Shown here: piece after piece, positions 24,601 to 36,800 of the stretch | Position numbering within the stretch: position 1 is the stretch's first letter | How the letters are laid out: each line of letters starts with the position of its first letter | From: Squalus acanthias | Lineage: Eukaryota | Direction of reading: 5' to 3' | Length of the DNA stretch: 64,000 bases | Assembly (NCBI GenBank): GCA_030390025.1 | Contig: CM059431.1 | Location: 126,110,001-126,174,000 of the forward strand | The notes under the pieces: generated by a model | Told to the model about the DNA's origin: nothing | Databases searched by the model: none | Seen by the model: the letters and a program-made list of their open reading frames with translations, nothing else | Position numbers and translations under genes: made by a program

Positions 24601-26028
24601 CCCCAAGACGTCCCAGAACGCCCTGTGGAACTCCACGGTCAGCCCGTCCAGCCCCGGGGACTTTCCCCTCGTAGCTGGCCGAGGGCGCCGGTCAGCTCCG
24701 CCAAGCTTAGCGGAGCATCCAATTTTTCGGCGCCCTCCGGGCCGACCTTCACCATATCCTCCCACAAAACTCTGCGCGCATCCTCGCTGGACGGATCCGG
24801 AGAGAACAGAGCGCCGTAATAGGCCCGGGTCTCCGCGCTGATCCCCTCCGGATCTGAGACCAGAGATCCGTCATCGGCCAGCAGCCCCAGGAGCTGCTTA
24901 CGGACCCCTCGTCTTTTTTCCAGCGAGTAGAAGAAGGGGGAGCCGCTGTCCAGGTCCCGCAGGAACTGGATCCGCGACCTCACGTACGCGCCTCGGGACC
25001 CGACCAGCTGCAGGTCCTTCAGCGCGCCCTTCTTCTCTTCGTACACCTTCCGCAGGGCCGGGTCCTCGACTCTTGACCGAGACGGGACTCCAGGTCGAGC
25101 ACCTCCCTCTCCAACCGCCCGACCCTGGCCTCCCACCTCTTGGTCGACCCCTTCGCGTACTCCTGACAGAAGACGCGGACGTGAGCCTTGCCCACGTCCC
25201 ACCATAGCCTCAAGGAGGGGAAGCCCCCCTGCTTCCTTCTCCAGTCGGCCCAGAACCGGCGAAACGAATCCCGGAACCGCACGTCCTCCAGCAGCAGGTT
25301 GTTAAAATACCAGTACGCAGACCCACCTGGCGCCCGCAACGGAGCGAGCTCCGCCCACACCAGGTGGTGGTCTGTGCACGGCTCCGGCCGCATGGAAGCC
25401 GCCAGAACGCAGGAGACGTACGCCCAGGAAATATAAACGCGGTCGATTCTGGACCTTCCTCCTCCAGACCCCACCCAAGTGAAGGCGCTGGAGTCGGGAT
25501 GGAGATTTCGCCAGACGTCCACCAAGTCGAAGGACCCGACCAGGTCCCTCAACTTCACCGTCGCTGCCAGGCTTCACGGGGGACCCGAACGGGTACAATT
25601 GAAATCCCCCCCGAGGATGACGCACTCGCCCACGTCGATGGAGCCCAGAAGAGCGGACACTTCTCCGAAGAAGCGCACTTGCTGCGCACCGGCCTGGGGG
25701 CATACACATTCACTAAATGGAGCGGCACGCCCCCCAGGCGAACAGTGACCTGGAGCAAAAGGCCCGGCACGTGCTCCTTGAGCCCAAAGATCGCCGGTTG
25801 AAAATGCGGGGCCAGCAAGATAGCCACCCCGCCGGAAATGTTGGAGAGGTGACTCATGCTGACCCCTCCTCGCCACTCCAGGAGCCACGTGGCCTCGTCT
25901 CCCGGAACGGTGTGAGTTTCTTGCAGGAAGCACACCGCATACTTCCCGTCCCGAAGGGGCGAGAAGTTATTGAATCTACGGCGTGCCTCTCTGCCGTTGA
26001 TGTTGAGGCTGGCTATGGTTATCTTCAT
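21632..26028 (-). pseudogene. Tx1 ORF2 (APE, RT, C-terminal zinc finger)
   Basis: MKITIASLNING, FLQETH, LGGDFN, TDH, KSPGLDGL, GVRQGCPMS, SAYADDV, CLFCGLEESVFHVYVEC; frameshifted. Confidence 0.92.
23852..24371 (+). mobile_element. Solo LTR, 520 bp
   Basis: TGTGGAAGT...ACTTCGACA termini (8/9 inverted match); 4-bp TSD CCGT (23848-23851, 24372-24375); TATAA near 24222, AATAAA at 24308; AT-rich island inside the Tx1 RT region. Confidence 0.88.
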
Positions 26029-26059
26029 GACAAGAGCATAGTGCTACCTTGACCTAACC

Positions 26060-28132
26060 CTAACGGGAGGAGGGAGCGCGGTTGCTAGTCGACCGCCACT
26101 CCCCTCTCAACCCAGCGGGGAACTTCCGGATCCGACGTCGCTCGGCCGGGCCCACGCCCCCGTCTGCGCCTATGGTTTTGACAGCGGCGCGGACGGAGCA
26201 AACGTGCAGCGCCAGATCCGACCATTTATCAATGGCCAGCCGGATTATATCCTGGCGACCCTGGCCCATGGCCACAAAGTCCCGGAGTTCCACAACGGGG
26301 ATGAGGGGGGACTCGGAGGGGGGCACGAGGGTATCCGCCGCCTCGCTGGCGACGGAGTCCATGTCATCCTCAGTGTCCTCCGCCGGGTCCCCGTCCTCCT
26401 CCGAGGGGGTCGCCATCAGCTGGCTCTACCTCTGCCCCGATCCCACCCCCAGGATCGGCGGCAGAGGAGTCATCCCTGGGCTCCTCCAGAGGCGCCAGGT
26501 CAGGAAGCGGCGGCAGCTCGGGGCCCCCCTCTGCCCCCGGCACTTGGGAACCGGGGAGTACATTAATCCCAGTTCCCCCAACACCCCCGGCGCCAGCGTC
26601 GGAGACGGAGTCAGCGGGCCTTCCCCTTCACCGCGACCAGCCTCCGACCCAGTGGACCGGGGACCCTGGTTGTATTCCTCAACCAGGTCGAGCAGCACCT
26701 GGGAGTAGTCCTGACCGTTTTGGGCGAGCTTGGCCTCATCGTCCTCGCCCACCCCGGTCCCCAGATCGCCCGACCTGGCGAGGAATAACGGTTCTTGAAA
26801 CAATTCTTCTTCCGCGGGTAGTTCCGCGCCCCCCCCCCCACGAGCAGGGTCTCTTCCCCTTCCCCGGGAGGCACAGGCTGGACAGACTCATCTGTCGTAC
26901 CCTCCCGAGGGACAGGCAACTCCTGCCGAATGACGGTGACAGTGGGGGGGGGGGGGGTTGGCGCAGCACCCGTGGTGAGCGACGACTCCCCTTGCGAGGA
27001 GGGACCCCGTTCCTTGCGGTCCTGCTCCTCTTCCAGGGCGTCGCGCCTCCTTTTCAGTGTGGAGGGATACGGAGGTTGGGAGACCTCCATGTTTACTGAG
27101 GCCTCCTCCTCCGCTCCCTCCTGTGGAATGGGTTTCCTGGGTCCCTCGGGCCCGGACCCGGCCGCAGGTCTCGATTTTCCCGCCTCGGCGGTTGCGGTCA
27201 CTGGCCCGGGCACAAGGCCCCTCGCACTCTCAAACTCCGCCACCACCTTCGCAAGGTACGGGGGCGTAAGTTTGGGTAAATCATCCCGCTCACCGAGGGG
27301 ACCTGCCTGAAGGTGTTTACATTTCCGCCACGCCTTCCTTCCGCTCGGACGCTCCCCCTCCCCCCCACTGGAGGCCGCGACGGCGTCGACCTCCGGCGTC
27401 GACCGCGCATCGGGTGTCGCAGACGCGCGGACAGAAACAGGGGGAGGAGCGGCGGCGGTGCCAGCCTTGGCCGCCTCAGATGCTTTGGCGGCCTTGGAGG
27501 CGGGGCAGTTCTTTCTTATGTGCCCCACCTCCTTACAGGCATGGCACCGCACACCGTCCGACGTCCAGAAGACGCGGTAGGCGGTCACCTCGTGGTGGAC
27601 GACGAAATCGCCCTCGGTGTCCTCCTCCCGCACCAGCTGGATAAACAGCTGGCGCCGGAAGGAGAAGACGTGCCGGAGGCTGGCCTCCTTGCCGCCGAGC
27701 GGGATTGGAGTGATTCCCGACCTCACCTCCCCCAGTTGACGTAGGTGGGGACGAAACATAGGGCGGGACGTTTGATATTACAATCCTCTGCGCGGTGGCC
27801 TCAAGCGGATCCATCGGCAGGAAGGTCCCGCCCACGGTGAGCCCCTTTTCGATGGCCAGGGACACCACCCGCTCCGACCCCAGGAAGAATACAGCCTTGC
27901 CATACATTTTAGAGGCTGCTACGATGGCTGAGGGGCCGACAACCCCAGCCATGGCTTTGACGCAAGCCCCTATCGTCAGGTTGGGGTGAGTGTAGCTCTT
28001 CACCCCCAGCTTTTTAGTAAGTAATCTGAAAGGTGACGGGGCAGCAGAAGCAGCGGGATTAGCTGTGGCCGTGGCTGCCACACCCGCGTACAACCTCGCT
28101 GGCCTCGCCGCCAGCGATGATGAGCTCGCCAT
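26060..28132 (-). pseudogene. Tx1 ORF1 (RRM-like region, CCHC zinc knuckle, low-complexity tail)
   Basis: IVAASKMYGKAVFFL, RIVISNVPPY, CHACKEVGHIRKNC; frameshifted. Confidence 0.88.
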
Positions 28133-29117
28133 AATGGGGTGTTCTTACTAAAGGGCTACACTCACCCCAAGTCACAGGCCGGGTGATGTTGGAGATAGGT
28201 CTTGGTAGTTGTTTTTTTTTGTCTTTTCCCTGAGCAGAGGGGGTTGTTTAAAGGTGATGGCACACCTCTCCCCTTATTGATTTGGAATTAGGAGAGGGGC
28301 CTTCTCCCCTATGCTCAATTGGGTAATTAATGTAAAAGGTTGGAGGGGCCTCGTTAGAGAAAGAGAGAGGCAGAGAGAGACAATGAGAGAGAGAGAGGGG
28401 GGGTGGTAAGGAGGAAGGCCGCAGGGGCTGGTTCGCCACTTAGGATGGTGGGCAGGTGGGTGCTTGCAGGGGGGGCACTCTCCGATGTTAACTATAGTCT
28501 TTGTGATGTTGTTCTTCTTCTGGTGGGGGGAGAAGATGTCTTCACCGGGGAAAAAACAGCTGGAGATGCCCAGGCTCAGTCCACCACCAGGTCTTAACGA
28601 TGTTGTAGATGGGTAATTAGTTGATGACTTCACCTGGGCAGCTCCAGCTGTCCCAGGTCAAACAATAGGCAAGGGGTGCTTGTTAATGGTGTGTGTGGCC
28701 TAGTTGTTAGCAAGAGCCACACACACCCCTTGCTGTTCCGGTCTTCTCCTTCTTCTTCCCTCCCCCCACCTAAAATACAAAGTCTTTTGGAGAGTGCCCT
28801 TTTAACACCCACCTGTAGATGTTTTTCTCAATGGCTCGCTCTCCCTCCTTCCAAGAAGATGTTGGTCTTGTTTCTCTTCTCCCCTCTCTCGTAATGGAGA
28901 CCAGTTGGGGAGGCAGTGATGGAATGGCTTCCTTCTTGTTTTTTCCCTGGTCTCCTCTCCTCTCTCTCTTCTGGCACCTCAGCAGCAGTAGTAGTAGTAG
29001 TAGTAGCTGCAGCAACAACAGGCGTGGTGGAGGTGGAAAGGGTCTCCACTCGGCCCTTCATGGCTCGGTCTCCTTCTCTTTCACCCAACTCGCAGCACTC
29101 TGTTGAAACTGCACTCA

Positions 29118-30995
29118 GAAGGAATACAAGATGCCGGTATCCTCATACGTTATCCTCCTTCTCACATCCCACTTCCCCCTCATCCCACAATCTCTTCTGA
29201 TTTACAATCTCCCCATGGTGTAAGCATGGAATTCTTCCTTTACCCACACCCCCTAACCTCCCCTCACCACAGCCCTACCCTTGTGCCTTTGTCATTTCAG
29301 ACACCCAAGAAATCCAGCCTGTCTAGCCAGTGGTTGAACAACAAGAGGGAAAGGAGAGGGAAGAAAAAGAAGAAACACCATCACACAATTTCACACTCCC
29401 AGCCACCAGCGCAGATACTGACACTCTGCATAATTTAGAGGACGCGTTAAACGCAGGAGCTGCACACGGTGAGACACCAGGCATGAGTGGCCTGCAGGCA
29501 GCGCAGATGGAAAAGGTAGCTCAGGTGCCAGCTTCCTGGAGGGCGAGGTCTCACACGAGTTCTGCTGCACAGGACTCAGATGAGGACATTGATGGGGCGG
29601 CTTACAGAAGAAGGCTGATGGGTATGCACAATGAAATGCTTGGTGCATTGGAAGGCCTGCCAGAAAGCCTGAATGCAATGTCAAGGAGCGTGGAGGAGTC
29701 CAGCTCCAGCCTTGCATGGGGATTTGGGCAGAGTTTGGAGCCCATCCTTTCCAGCTTCGAAGGGATGGGCAGATCCATTAACGCACTTGTGGACGCAACC
29801 ATCATGCCTCGTCTGATGGCCGAAGTCTCAGCTTTCATTGCAGCACAAGCACAAGCCACCCAATGTCTGAATGCTGCAATGGAAGCTCAGACGAAAGTCA
29901 TGCAAGCACAGACTGCTGCCATCGTGGCTGGGTTTACCAGTGTTGAAAGGGGCTTGCAGTGTGTCACAGCAGTCCAGCAGTCTGCACTCTGTCAGATTGC
30001 TGGGATTGCTGAGGCACTGCCCAGGGGGAGTGGCAATGGATCTGACCCTGCTGTCCTCTCTCAAGATGCTAGCATTCATCCTCCCACCACTGCCACTCCA
30101 CCAGTGCCCTTGTTGTTGCCAGTCTGTCAGCTAGCCCAGACTACTGTCACCCATGCTGAGGTGGTGCAGTCCAAAGCTGGGCCTATTAGGCCCTGAGCTC
30201 CTCGAGGTTGTCCTGGAAGGCCATCTGCAGTCTCCCCCACTGAAAGTCATCAGCCTTCCACCAGCCTTTGCCACTGGGGTAGACAAAGGCACACGCAAGA
30301 CAGTCACTAAGGGAATGCACAAGGGTGATTAGTTGAATTTTTGATGTAATTTTGGTATGGATATATGGATAAAGATTGATTGGAAAGTTTTCTTTGTGGT
30401 GGCTTTTATTTCAGCATTGTGGCCAAGAGGACGCTGTGATGGTCAGTAACAGAAGAAAGGTAAAGTGTGGGACTAATGTTGAATAAAGAATTGGGGTTGC
30501 GTTCACTGGTACTGCAGGCGGATGATTCGATTCTGGATATCCCAGCCAGAAATGGGCTGTCTTGGTTACCTCCTTCTTTCCGGTTCCTTCTCTTACGCCG
30601 CCTCCTCTTCCCCCTCTTTCTTTTCCTGCTCCTGAGCTGGTGGCCGTATCCCTGGTGGCAAGGGCTCTGCCCTCATGATGATCAGGTTGTGGAGGATACA
30701 GCAGATCACGATAAATCGGGACATGGTGTGTACTGTAGGGCTTTTCCAGAGCGGTCCAGGCAGTGGAAGCGTTGTTTAAGGATGCCAACGGTCTGCTCTA
30801 TGATATTTTGTGTGACAGCTTGGCTCTTTTTGTACGCATGCTTCCCATGTGTGGTTGGATTGCAAAGCGATTTCATGAGCCAGGTTGTCAAGGGATAGTC
30901 CTTGTTGCCCAGTAGCCAGCCTCTGGTTTGTCTTGGTGGCTCAAAGACTGAGGGAATAGCGGACTGGCGCAAAATAAAAGCATCATGACTGCTGT
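29118..30995. mobile_element. Harbinger H2, right part: rest of the Myb gene (+; last exon open at 29330-30196) and transposase 3' half (-; ~30505-30995); right end lost
   Basis: Resumes with GAAGGAATACAAGATGCC, matching H3 38479-38497; transposase motifs GWLLGNKDYP, IIEQTVGILKQRF. Confidence 0.9.
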
Positions 30996-31496
30996 GTCAA
31001 AATCTGCAAAATGAACCCTTTTTATTGTATGTATCTAATCACATCACTGCAATCATCAACAATATATAATTTAGGTCTATTACAATCTAAAGTAGAAAGG
31101 AAAACCTTTTTTGAAACACACTGTTATATTTTTAATATGAATTGTACAACCTTTATCCCCAGTGGAAATACAAGTAGCGTAAATCAATAATTGTTTCATA
31201 TTTTGCCGACTCGGAAATTTTATAATACAAAATCTTTGTCAATGTGAAAGGATCCTCTGTGCAAACTGTTTTGTGTGAAAATTGATGGTTATGGCAAATA
31301 ATTTGCTTATTTATGAAATGGCACAATCCAAATAAGGAATAAAAGGGAACCAGCTAGTGCAGATAATTCAGACTCTCTTCAATGTGCAGTGTCAGTTTGC
31401 ACTGACAATTTTGGGGCTTGTGTGCAATGTTCTTATTTAAATATGAATGGAAAATTGTAATTGTTAATACATTGCAATAATAAAATAATAAATTTG

Positions 31497-31586
31497 ATTG
31501 CTCTCCTTAGAGCAGAGAAGGTTAAGGGGAAATTTAATAGAGGCGTTCAAAATTATGAGGTGTTTTGATAGAGTAGATAGGAAGAA
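31497..31586 (+). mobile_element. Short CR1 ORF2 fragment
   Basis: Encodes SLEQRRLRGNLIEAFKIMRCFDRVD. Confidence 0.8.
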
Positions 31587-31587
31587 T

Positions 31588-32142
31588 GGGCTGAATCTTG
31601 ACGGGGCAGGACGCGTAGGCAAGGGGGGTGGAGTTTCAGTCAATAAACCCAGAAGTTCGGGCTTCCCTGCATGCTGTGGAGTTTTGACTCCACCGGGTAC
31701 GTAGTTTTGCTTTGACAGGTTCCCCGCGCGGAAGTCAGCCTGATTGACAGGCTTGGCTTCCAGTCGGGCATGGAGCACTCCGGAGCAGGGGTGGGGGGGG
31801 GTCTGATCCCTGACTTGGGGAGGGGTTGTACGGGGGGGGGTTGGTCTGATGGTGGGTGGGGCTTATGGGGCCTGGGGAAAGCACTTACCTTTTCCCTGAA
31901 GCTGTCATCGCCTCCTTTCAGCTGCCGCATTTCCAGAGGCCTGGGAAACCCGGCTGGCCATGGATAAACCTGCAAAGCTGTGCACCCTCTTCAGGCAGCC
32001 GGGCATGCCACCTATTCGGAGCACTGAGGCAAAATGGGGATGAACACAACCATGGCGGGAACAGGGTGGTATGTTCTTCCCTGCTATTTTTAGGTCACTA
32101 CTGCTCCATTTCTGTTGGGCGGGAGGGCTCAAAATTCAGACC
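31588..32142. mobile_element. Non-autonomous TIR element, probably Harbinger-type
   Basis: Termini GGGCTGAATCTTGA / TCAAAATTCAGACC; GC-rich non-coding interior; no clean TSD. Confidence 0.6.
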
Positions 32143-33056
32143 ATGGAACTTTAATATTGAAATAGATGAAGCTAGATTTCATTAAAATTACTTCTAAATT
32201 TTATTTTCTTCAGTAGATGCCATTTTCCTCTCTTGACTACCTATGTCAAGTGGCTTAATTGAGACAAAGTGGTTGTTTTCAGTGTTTGTATATGACTTGC
32301 GATTGTAGTGGATGATCTGGAAAAGTCGGCCTCAAAACCAGTTAAAAATCCAATTGATGAGCCATTTTATTTTAGGTATCTTGTAAATTACAATTGAGAG
32401 TGTTTGGATTGTTAAGCCCTTACTGTTATAACGGCAATTTTATTTCTGTATTTCAATGGTTATGGGGAGAGGGGGAATTGACTTCTCAAGTGTGGAGAAT
32501 CTGCAGAGTTAACTCCAGGAGCTGAATTTTTATATCTTGAACAGAATATATTTGTAATAATTAATTAAGGTCCAGCAATTATTCTGGGAGACTGCCAAGC
32601 CATGAGGTGGAATGATTGCATAACCTTATATTAAAAAAAGTGAAAGTCTGCTGCAATGAGGCAATGGGGTGGGGTGGTGGGGGAGGTGGGGGCTAGAACA
32701 CCAGCCCTTTGGGAAGTATGTACATTCAGTCCTTCTCGGGTCAAAATCTGAGTGAAACACTTCCAACATTTTTAATTATGACAACCAGACAGAAACATAA
32801 TTTATACTTGTTGGCTTGACTTGGTGAAATGAAACAATGTCCCAACGATATTAAACTTGTTAGATAAAGTAATTACAAACCTTAATCAGATTTTTGGTTT
32901 CAAGGTTTCTATTTTTAGCATTATGATTTTGCTGACTTTCAATAAAAGGTCAAAATGCATTTTTTTGACAACATCACCCTACCTAAATGACTTTCTGGGC
33001 AGCTTTGAAGCAATTCCAACAATTGTTGGTGGTAAAAGGCTATGATATACATTAAT

Positions 33057-33243
33057 TAGTGGATATTTTACTGGGTCGACACCCAGGCTCACTGGAATGG
33101 GCACAGCGCATATGGGACAATCGGGTGAGTCACGGTAAAGGAACTTACTCAATTTTCCCTCCATTTAAATTAAAATGCGTGCTTCAAACAGCCCGATTTT
33201 CTTGTATTTGCTGAGCTCTGTCGACCCAGGAGAAGCTTCTCTA
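33057..33243. mobile_element. MITE-like inverted-repeat element
   Basis: CTGGGTCGACA (33071-33081) and TGTCGACCCAG (33219-33229) form a perfect inverted pair with degenerate extension. Confidence 0.55.
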
Positions 33244-33853
33244 TTATTTTGTGATGGAATCATGTTACATATTGCATGAATAAATACTTTTGGGGTGAAA
33301 TTGGACTAGGCCCGAAAACAGGCACGGGGAGTTGCGTGCTGCCTGCTATTTTGCATGATAGCAGCGCACAGCCCAGCGCTGAATGCTCTGCTGACTGGCT
33401 GTGAGCTCAGCAGGGGGCCGAATTTGTGATGTTCGCGCGAGGCTAGTTTTACTTAAAGCTAGCCTGCGCCTCTTAAAGTCAGACTGCACCTCTTAAAGGT
33501 GAGCTGCCTTCTGGTGATCAAAATTTTTAAAACTGCTTCAGCACAAACCAAGAGCGCTCAACAGGCTAGGCAAAGGGCAACCAGGGTCTCGGAGACAGTA
33601 CTCGAGGCCTTTGTGCAGGGGGTGAACACTTGAAGAGAGGTCATTTACTCACAGGGGACCAGGAGGCCCTCCAGAAACATTGTAAGAAGGATGTGGGAAC
33701 CAGATCCCTGAGGTGGTCACTGCCAGCAGTGTTGCCCCAAGGACGTGGCTCCAGTGCCCAAAGAAGCTTAATGACCTCAGACAAGTCCAAGGTCAGTGAA
33801 TGCATCTTCAAAAGCCGTCTCCGACCAACTGCACGACTAGCCTCACACAATGC

Positions 33854-36800
33854 AGATCGGAACAGAGTGTTAAGCTGTGAGTTTGGTGAGTGAGTGAGTG
33901 AGTGAGGGGAGGGAGGTAGGTGTTCCTTTCTTTTTCCATCTTTGTCAGCTTCCAGGAGAGCAGGAGCTAAAAAGCTGCACAAGAGGGGACAGAGAACCAG
34001 CGGTGAGTATTTCTACAGTATTTCTACATTCCAGTCATTAAAGTAAAAGTAAGGTCTCCAGTTTAGAGTAAGTAGTGTTTAAAGGGAAGTAAGGTCCCTA
34101 GTGTATTTAGTATTCTTTAAGTTAAAGGGTGTAAATTAAGGGTAGGACATGGCAGGGCAGCTCAGCAGTGTGGAGTGCTCCTCCTGCGCTATGTTGGAAG
34201 TCAGGGACACTTCAGGTGTCAAGGGCAAACACATGTGCAGGAAGTGTCTCCAGCTGCAGCTACTCGAAATCCGCTTTTCGGAGCTGGAGCTGCGGCTGGA
34301 GTCACTTTGGAGCATCCGCAAAGCTGAGATCTTCATGGATAGCACGTTTAACAAGGTGGTCACACCGCAGATAAAGAGTGCACAGGCAGACAGGGAATGG
34401 GTGACCACCAGACAGAGTAAAAGAACTAGAAAGGTAGTGCAGAAGTCCCCTGGGTCCATCTCCCTCTCCGCCAGATTTGGATACTGATGGGGGAGATGGT
34501 TTCTCAGGGGAATGCAGCAAGAGCCAAGTCCGTGGCACTACGAGTGGCTCAGCTGCACAGGAGGGGAGGAAAAAGAGTGGGAGAGCAATAATGATAGGGG
34601 ATTCTATCGTAAGGGGAACAGATAGACGTTTCTGTGGCCGCAGACGTGACTCCAGGATGGTATGTTGCCTCCCTGGTGCCAGGGTCAAGGATGTCACTGA
34701 ACGGCTGCAGGGCATTCTGAAGGGGGAGGGCAAACAGTCAGAGGTCGTGGTTCACATTGGTACCAACGACATGGGTAGAAAGAGGGATGAGGTCCTGCAA
34801 CAAGAATTTAGGGAGCTAGGTAGCAGATTAAAAAGCAGGACCTCAAAGGTTGTAATCTCTGGATTACTCCCGGTGCCACGTGCTAGTGAGTATAGGAATA
34901 GGAGGATAGAGCAGATGAATCTGTGGCTAAAGAGTTGGTGCAGGAGGGAGGGCTTTAGTTTCCTGCATCACTGGGTCTGCTTCTGGGGAAGGTGGGACCT
35001 GTACAAGTCGGACGGGTTGCACCTGAACCGGAACGGGACCAACATCCTTGCGGGGAGGTTTGCTAGTGCTGTTGCGGGGGGGTAAACTAACTTAGCAGGG
35101 GGATGGGATATGGAGTGGAGCTAAAGTAGGGGGTGATGCACAGCCAAATATAGAGGAAAAAACAAGTCAGCCTGGAAGGCAGAGCAAATATGTAACGGCA
35201 CAAGGGAGTATGGCAAGACTGGATGGCATTTATTTTAATGCAAGGAGTCTTGCGAGTAAGGCAGATGAATTGAAGGTGTTGATGAACACATGGGAGTATG
35301 ATATTGTTGCTATCACGGAGACATGGTTGAGGGAGGGGCAGGACTGGCAGCTCAATATTCCGGGGTATAAAATCTTCAGGCGAGACAGAGGGGGGTGTAA
35401 AAGAGGAGGGGGTTTCGCAATATTAATCAAGGAGTCAATTACTGTTGTAAGGAGGGATGATATCTTAGCAGTTTCCTCTAATGAGGCCCTATGGGTAGAA
35501 CTTAAAAACAAAAAGGGGGCAAGCACTTTGCTGGGAGTGTATTATAGGCCCCCAAACAGTCAGGGGGAGATAGAGGAACAGATATGCAGGCAAATCTCAG
35601 AGAAGTGTAGAAATAATAGGGTAATAATAGTAGCGGATTTCAACTTCCCCAATATTAACTGGGATAGTCAGAGTGTGAAAGGCTTAGAGGGTGCGGAATT
35701 CTTAAAGTGCATCCAGGAGAGCTTTTTGAGCCAGCATGTAGAAAGTCCTACAAGAGAGGGGCCGTACTGGACCTAATTCTAGGGAATGTAGCCGGGCAAG
35801 TGGTAGAAGTGTTAGTAGGAGAGCATTTTGGTGACAGTGACCATAATTCGGTGAGATTTAAGGTAGTCATGGAAAAGGACAAAGATGGACCGGAAATAAA
35901 GGTTCTAAATTGGGGGAAGGCCGATTTTAATATGATAAGGCAGGATCTGGCCAAAGTGGACTGGGATCAGCTACTTGCAGGAAAATCCACATCAGAGCAG
36001 TGGGAGTCTTTCAGAAAGGAAATAAAGATAGTACAACGGCAACATGTTCCCGTAAAGGTCAAGGGTGGGACCAACAAGCCCAGGGAACCCTGGATGTCAA
36101 GGGATATACTAGAATGGATTAGGATAAAAAGGGAGGCTTTTGGCAGATACAAAGGACTAAAAACAGTGGAAGCCCGAGAGGAGTATAGAAAGTGCAGGGG
36201 GGTACTTAAAAAAGAAATTAGGAGAGCGAAGAGGGGGCATGAAATAACACTGGCGGGCAAAATAAAGGAAAATCCCAAGGTGTTTTAGAAGTATATTAAG
36301 GGCAAGAGGATAACCAGGGAAAGAGTAGGGCCCATTCGGCACCAAAGTGGCAATCTGTGTGCAGAGCCAGAAGATGCAGGTGGGGTTTTAAATGAATATT
36401 TTGCATCTGTGTTCACGATGGAGAAGGATGATGTAGGCATAGAAATCAGGCAGGGGGATTGTGATATACTTGAACAAATTAGTATTGAGGGAGAGGAGGT
36501 ACTAGTGGCTTTAGCGGGCTTAAAAGTGGATAAAACCCCAGGCCCAGATGAGATGTATCCCAGGCTGCTGTGTGAGGCAAGGGAGGAGATTGCACGGGCT
36601 CTGACACAAATTTTCAGAACCTCTCTGGCCACAGGGGAGGTGCCAGAGGACTGGAACAGCTAAAATGGTACCATTATTCAAGAAGGGTAGTAGGGATAAA
36701 TCAGGGAATTACAGGCCAGTGAGCATAACGTCAGTGGTAGGGAAATTATTGGAAAAAATTCTGAGGGACAGAATTAGTCTCCACTTGGAGAGGCAAGGAT

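Larger units (their letters stand above)
21434..29118 (-). mobile_element. Full-length Tx1-clade non-LTR retrotransposon, GC-rich, decayed, interrupted by a solo LTR
   Basis: About 1 kb 5' UTR, ORF1 and ORF2 as listed below, short T-rich 3' region with no poly(A). Confidence 0.9.

Noticed and set aside
21640..28140. Many overlapping plus-strand and alternate-frame ORFs
   Set aside because: Expected from stop-codon scarcity in GC-rich Tx1 sequence.
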